Assembly (NCBI GenBank): GCA_030158585.1
Contig: JAOASR010000036.1
Span: forward strand, 1,943-65,942
From: Microcella sp.
GTDB taxonomy: Bacteria > Actinomycetota > Actinomycetes > Actinomycetales > Microbacteriaceae
Direction of reading: 5' to 3'
Length of the DNA stretch: 64,000 nt
Shown here: positions 59,967-64,000 of the stretch, one piece after another
Layout: each line of letters opens with the position of its first letter
Numbering within the stretch: position 1 is the first letter of the stretch
Position numbers and translations under genes: made by a program
Notes under the pieces: generated by a model
What the model saw: the letters and a program-made list of their open reading frames with translations, nothing else
Databases searched by the model: none
What the model was told of the DNA's origin: nothing

Positions 59967-61382
59967 TCACCGACGGCGACGCGACTCCCCGGAACGCCGC
60001 CATTTGGTCAGAATCCATCGAAGCGGCCTGGTGATCCTCCAGCTCACGGTGGCGCGCGTGCGGTCGAGCTCAGCACGCAGCGCCTTCGCGGCCCGGCGCT
60101 CGTCGTTCCGCTTTGCGGTCATCCTCTCGAGTGTCGCAGCCGTCTCGGCAAGCGAGTCGCGGAGGATGTCGAGCTCCAACTCACGCGCTGCGACTGTGCA
60201 CTCGGCCTCGGCTGCCGAAATCCGGTGAGACTCCACGGCACGACGCTCCTCGTCGAGTGCCCTGCGCAGCTCGGCGCTCTTCACCCGCTCTCGATGGACG
60301 GCCTCGAGGACTCGACGCGCCGACCGCACCTGATGCGTGACGATCTCCTGCGCCATCCAATGCTCGTGCACTGCCGCGTCGTCAAGCGGCGGACGGCGGG
60401 GAAGCCTCGACAGCATGCCTTCGAGGTGAAGAACAGCGTCGACGAGACGGTACTCCGGGCCCAGCGCCCTCTTCAGCTCGGGCGCTTCGCGCCTCGCCTG
60501 CTCGAGCCCGGCGACCAGGTCTCGGGCGATCTCGTCGGCGGTCAGCTGCGAGAACCCGCGGCCTGAGAAGTTGCGGCGAGCAGTCTCGTCGAGGTTGCGC
60601 GCCGTGAGCCACCCGGGCCCGCCGAAGTGGTCGTAGCAGTAGACCGGGCGCGAGCCGGCGAGCGCGTACTGCACCGTCTTCCCGATCGTCACGACGGCGG
60701 TGGCCTGTGCGATCAGCTCCGGCGTGACGCGCCTCACCTGACTGCTGGGGTGCGGTTGGCGACCGATGCGGATCACCTCGCAACGCTCTGCGACGAGGCC
60801 CAGCGCCTGCTCCATTTCGTCGGGCACGTGGTTAGAGACGACCAGCAGCCGCGGCCGGTCTTGGGGCGGGGCCGGCTCGATATCGAGGAAGCCATTGGGC
60901 ACCGGGTTGCGGAAGAGTGCTCGTCGCTCCGGTTCGAGACCGGTGATCCAGCCCGTCTCCTCATGACGTCGCAGAGTCTCGGGCGAGACGAAGACCGACA
61001 ATGCTGCCCTGGCGTTCTCCACACTGCTCACGAGCGGGAACTCCAGGGGATGGATGGCGGACAGGTGCGCGAAGATCACCGGCACGTCGGAGCGCTCGAG
61101 CAGTGCGCGGGGCACGACATGGTGGTGGATCCACGCAAGATGGATGCTCGCTGTACGGAGCTCGGCATCGAGCTCCGGATCATCGACATCTCGGACGACG
61201 ACCCGCGGCACCGCTTCGGCCATCGTGCGCATGGGCTCGCCGGCCGTGCGGGTGGCGATGACCACCGCTGCTCCGCGCGCCGAGAAGTGCTCCGCGAGTT
61301 CGAGCACCACGATCTCGGAGCCAGCGAGATACTTCAGGTCCGCCTGGCCTATGACGACCACGCGCCCCGTCAGGTCTTCCAT
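59967..61382 (-). CDS. GT-B glycosyltransferase-like protein with C-terminal coiled coil
   Basis: LAGSEIVVLELA, LVVSNH, VVTIGKTVQYALAG and YCYDHFGGPG; E/R/A-rich heptad tail ending SWRITRPLR. Confidence 0.75.
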   Translation of the reverse strand: MEDLTGRVVVIGQADLKYLAGSEIVVLELAEHFSARGAAVVIATRTAGEPMRTMAEAVPRVVVRDVDDPELDAELRTASIHLAWIHHHVVPRALLERSDVPVIFAHLSAIHPLEFPLVSSVENARAALSVFVSPETLRRHEETGWITGLEPERRALFRNPVPNGFLDIEPAPPQDRPRLLVVSNHVPDEMEQALGLVAERCEVIRIGRQPHPSSQVRRVTPELIAQATAVVTIGKTVQYALAGSRPVYCYDHFGGPGWLTARNLDETARRNFSGRGFSQLTADEIARDLVAGLEQARREAPELKRALGPEYRLVDAVLHLEGMLSRLPRRPPLDDAAVHEHWMAQEIVTHQVRSARRVLEAVHRERVKSAELRRALDEERRAVESHRISAAEAECTVAARELELDILRDSLAETAATLERMTAKRNDERRAAKALRAELDRTRATVSWRITRPLRWILTKWRRSGESRRRR

Positions 61383-61412
61383 GAGCAGCTGTTGAGAGGA
61401 GATCCGGGGACC

Positions 61413-62513
61413 TCAGCCCTCGAACCGGGAGGCCGCGGCGCGCGCCCGGTACGCGACGTCGTCGAGGTCGGAGCCGATCACGGTGACGTGCCCGGCCTTG
61501 CGGCCGGCGCGCGGGCCCTTGCCGTAGGCGTGCACCTTCGCGCTCGGCTGGTGGCCCAGCGCGGCAGCGATCTGCGCATCGGGCAGTGAGCCGAAGACGT
61601 TGATCATGACGCTCCAGTCGGCGAGAGCATCCGTCGCCCCCAGCGGCCAGTCGAGCACGGCGCGCAGGTGCTGCTCGAACTGGCTCGTGACCGAGCCGTC
61701 GATCGAGAAGTGGCCGGAGTTGTGCGGGCGCATCGCGAGCTCGTTGACGAGCACGCGGCCGTCGGCGGCGTGGAACAGCTCGACCGCAAGTACGCCCGTG
61801 ACACCGAGGCCGTTCGCGACCACGGTGGCGATCTCGGCCGCGGCGCGCTCGGCGGCGTCGCCGACGGCCGGGGCGGGGGCGATGACTTCGGCGCACACTC
61901 CCCCGCGCTGCACCGTCTCGACGAGGGGCCAGAGCCGCACCTCTCCGCTCGGGCGACGCGCGGCGAGCTGGGCAAGCTCGCGCTGGAAGACGACGAGCTC
62001 CTCGACGAGCACGGCGCCATCGGCGAGCCAGTCGTCGGCGCCGTGGGCGTCGTCGACGATGCGCACGCCCTTGCCGTCGTAGCCGCCGCGGGGCGTCTTG
62101 ACGATCGCGCGGCCGCCGTGGTCGGCGAGGAAGGCGGCGAGCTCGTCGGCGCTCTCGACGCGGGCCCAGTCGGGCATCGGCACGCCGAGCGCTCCGAGGC
62201 GCTCGCGCATCAGGAGCTTGTCCTGGGCGTAGAGCAGAGCATCCGGACCAGGGCGCACCGCGACGCCCTCGGCGACGAGCGCGCGCAGCACCTCCTGCGG
62301 CACGTGCTCGTGATCGAAGGTGATGGCGTCGCAGCCGCGCGCGAACTCGAGAACCGTCGCAGCATCCCGATAATCGCCGACGGCGGTCGCCGCGAGGCGG
62401 GCCGAGGAGTCCGGGGCCTCGGCGAGCACCCGGATCTCGATGCCGAGCGCGATCGCCGCGGGCACCATCATGCGCGCGAGCTGTCCTCCACCGATGACGC
62501 CTACGACAGGCAT
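61413..62513 (-). CDS. purK: N5-carboxyaminoimidazole ribonucleotide synthase
   Basis: GGGQLARM, TFDHEHV, QDK, GGYDGKG, NELAMRPHNSGH, SQFEQHLRA and GRKAGHV; GAGGAG SD. Confidence 0.96.
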   Translation of the reverse strand: MPVVGVIGGGQLARMMVPAAIALGIEIRVLAEAPDSSARLAATAVGDYRDAATVLEFARGCDAITFDHEHVPQEVLRALVAEGVAVRPGPDALLYAQDKLLMRERLGALGVPMPDWARVESADELAAFLADHGGRAIVKTPRGGYDGKGVRIVDDAHGADDWLADGAVLVEELVVFQRELAQLAARRPSGEVRLWPLVETVQRGGVCAEVIAPAPAVGDAAERAAAEIATVVANGLGVTGVLAVELFHAADGRVLVNELAMRPHNSGHFSIDGSVTSQFEQHLRAVLDWPLGATDALADWSVMINVFGSLPDAQIAAALGHQPSAKVHAYGKGPRAGRKAGHVTVIGSDLDDVAYRARAAASRFEG

Positions 62514-62606
62514 GGCACGTCTCCTCAGGACTGGGGATCGACGTCGGGGAATCCGCACCCGACACTTGCGAGGCTAGTCGAAGAGAGTCGCTCGTCGACC
62601 AGCGCT

Positions 62607-63323
62607 TCAGCTGAGCGGCATCACGGGCTTCTGTGCGCGCGTCGATCGCTCCACCTGCCGACGCAGCCACCAACCGGGTCGTCGTGGAAGATAGGGCCGG
62701 TCCGGCGCGATTCGGGTCAGGGCGAGATCGGTTTCGTCGGTCAGGTAGTCGTACCCGATCGATTGGAACGCACGGGCGGGATCCAACGCGGTGTACAGGT
62801 CGCGCCTCGCAGTCCGCGCGCTCGCCGAAAGCATCTTGAGGTGATACAGGTCGAGGTCGAGAATAGTGCGCTCGTACTCCGCATTGAGCGGATGCCTCGG
62901 AGTGTGCACCGGCGCTAGAGACATCTCGATGCCATCGATGAGGGGGAACAGCGCGAACTTGCGCTTCTCGCCCCAGATGCCATCGGATCGGAACTGGGTG
63001 GATGTCCACATCTCGCGGAATCGGAAGCCCCCGAGCACTGCACGGCCATCATTCGCCCTCATGAACGAACGGATCGTCTCTCCGGCGCCGCGCTCGAGCC
63101 GCTCGTCCGGGTCGATGACGAGCACCCACTCTGCACCCCGCTCGCGGGCCTCGTCGATAAGCCGAGATCGCACCTTCCCTTCATCGAACCAGGGCTCCGG
63201 ATTCCTGCGGTCGTCATGCGACACCACGCCGTCGACGAACGAGATGTTCCGGAGAAGATCAGGGACGAGGTGCGCGTCGTGGCGGAACGCGAAGACGGCG
63301 AACAGCACGGGCGTCCGCGTCAT
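62607..63323 (-). CDS. GT2-like glycosyltransferase (short)
   Basis: SFVDGVVSHDD, EWVLVIDPDERL and LYHL. Confidence 0.7.
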   Translation of the reverse strand: MTRTPVLFAVFAFRHDAHLVPDLLRNISFVDGVVSHDDRRNPEPWFDEGKVRSRLIDEARERGAEWVLVIDPDERLERGAGETIRSFMRANDGRAVLGGFRFREMWTSTQFRSDGIWGEKRKFALFPLIDGIEMSLAPVHTPRHPLNAEYERTILDLDLYHLKMLSASARTARRDLYTALDPARAFQSIGYDYLTDETDLALTRIAPDRPYLPRRPGWWLRRQVERSTRAQKPVMPLS

Positions 63324-63326
63324 GAG

Positions 63327-64000
63327 CTACGGACGACCCATGCCGATGTAGGTGAATCCTGCAGCTCTCCATGCGGAGACATCGAGGCAGTTTCGCCCGT
63401 CAATGACCGTGCGCGCCGACGTCAGCCCTGCGACCTCGTGTGGATTGATCCCGCAGAACTGCTGCCACTCGGTCAGCACGAGAAGAATCTCTGCGTCGAC
63501 AACCGCTTCAGCAAGCGAATCGCGGTAATCAAGGTCGGGAGCGACCCGGCGGGCCGTCTCAACGGCCTCGGGGTCTGTGGCGGCAACACGCGCTCCCAGT
63601 GAGTCGAGACGCTGGGCGATGTCCAAAGCAGGCGAATCGCGAACGTCGTCCGAGTCGGGCTTGAAAGAGAGCCCCAGCACGGCGATTCGACGACCCTGAA
63701 TGCTGCCGCCGAGCTGCTCGCTCACGACCTGCACGACCCGGGCGCGCCGCCGTTTGTTGACTTGGTCGACGTCGTCGAGGAAGTCGAGTGCGCTACCGAC
63801 GCCAAGCTCCCGTGCACGGGCCCGGAAGGCACGGATGTCCTTCGGGAGACAACCGCCGCCGAAGCCGATGCCCGCGTTGAGGAAGCGGCGGCCGATGCGC
63901 GCGTCGAAGCCGATGGCGTCGGCCAGGGTCGTCACGTCGGCACCGGTCACCTCAGCGATCTCGGCCATCGCATTGATGAATGAGATCTTGGTGGCGAGAA
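63327..64000 (-). CDS. ugd: UDP-glucose 6-dehydrogenase (5' end outside the window)
   Basis: LATKISFINAMAE, DARIGRRFLNAGIGFGGGCLPKD, GLSFKPDSDDVRDSP and DGRN. Confidence 0.93.
   Translation of the reverse strand, partial: LATKISFINAMAEIAEVTGADVTTLADAIGFDARIGRRFLNAGIGFGGGCLPKDIRAFRARARELGVGSALDFLDDVDQVNKRRRARVVQVVSEQLGGSIQGRRIAVLGLSFKPDSDDVRDSPALDIAQRLDSLGARVAATDPEAVETARRVAPDLDYRDSLAEAVVDAEILLVLTEWQQFCGINPHEVAGLTSARTVIDGRNCLDVSAWRAAGFTYIGMGRP

Overview
High-GC actinobacterial chromosome segment; gene order and codon style suggest Microbacteriaceae (inference). Almost the whole 64 kb is one large cell-envelope glycopolymer locus, running from manA/acyl-CoA dehydrogenase on the left to LCP-purE-[GT]-purK-[GT2]-ugd on the right. 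About 55 CDS are supportable. They include roughly 20 glycosyltransferase-like genes, a scattered dTDP-L-rhamnose pathway (rmlA/C, rmlB, rmlD), and a complete WbpA/B/E/D/I-like set for a 2,3-diacetamido uronic acid. Also present are three candidate exporters (two PglK/Wzk-type ABC flippases and Wzm/Wzt), two O-antigen-ligase/Wzy-like membrane proteins, a GT2+DUF2304 / 2x DUF2142 extracytoplasmic decoration module, an AT3 acyltransferase, a TupA-like ATP-grasp ligase, a fucosyltransferase-like protein, a secreted beta-helix protein, and two CWB2-anchored surface proteins (an S1 protease and a putative hydrolase). The most notable sequence-level observations are: purE interrupted by one in-frame TAG; a GT with a coiled-coil tail inserted between purK and purE; a duplicated GT4+small-protein module around wecB; about 13 leaderless TANNNT promoters; and a recurrent GGATGC hexamer that overrides codon preference. 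No rRNA, tRNA, CRISPR array or mobile element was seen. All product calls come from motif recognition by eye; no database searches were run.
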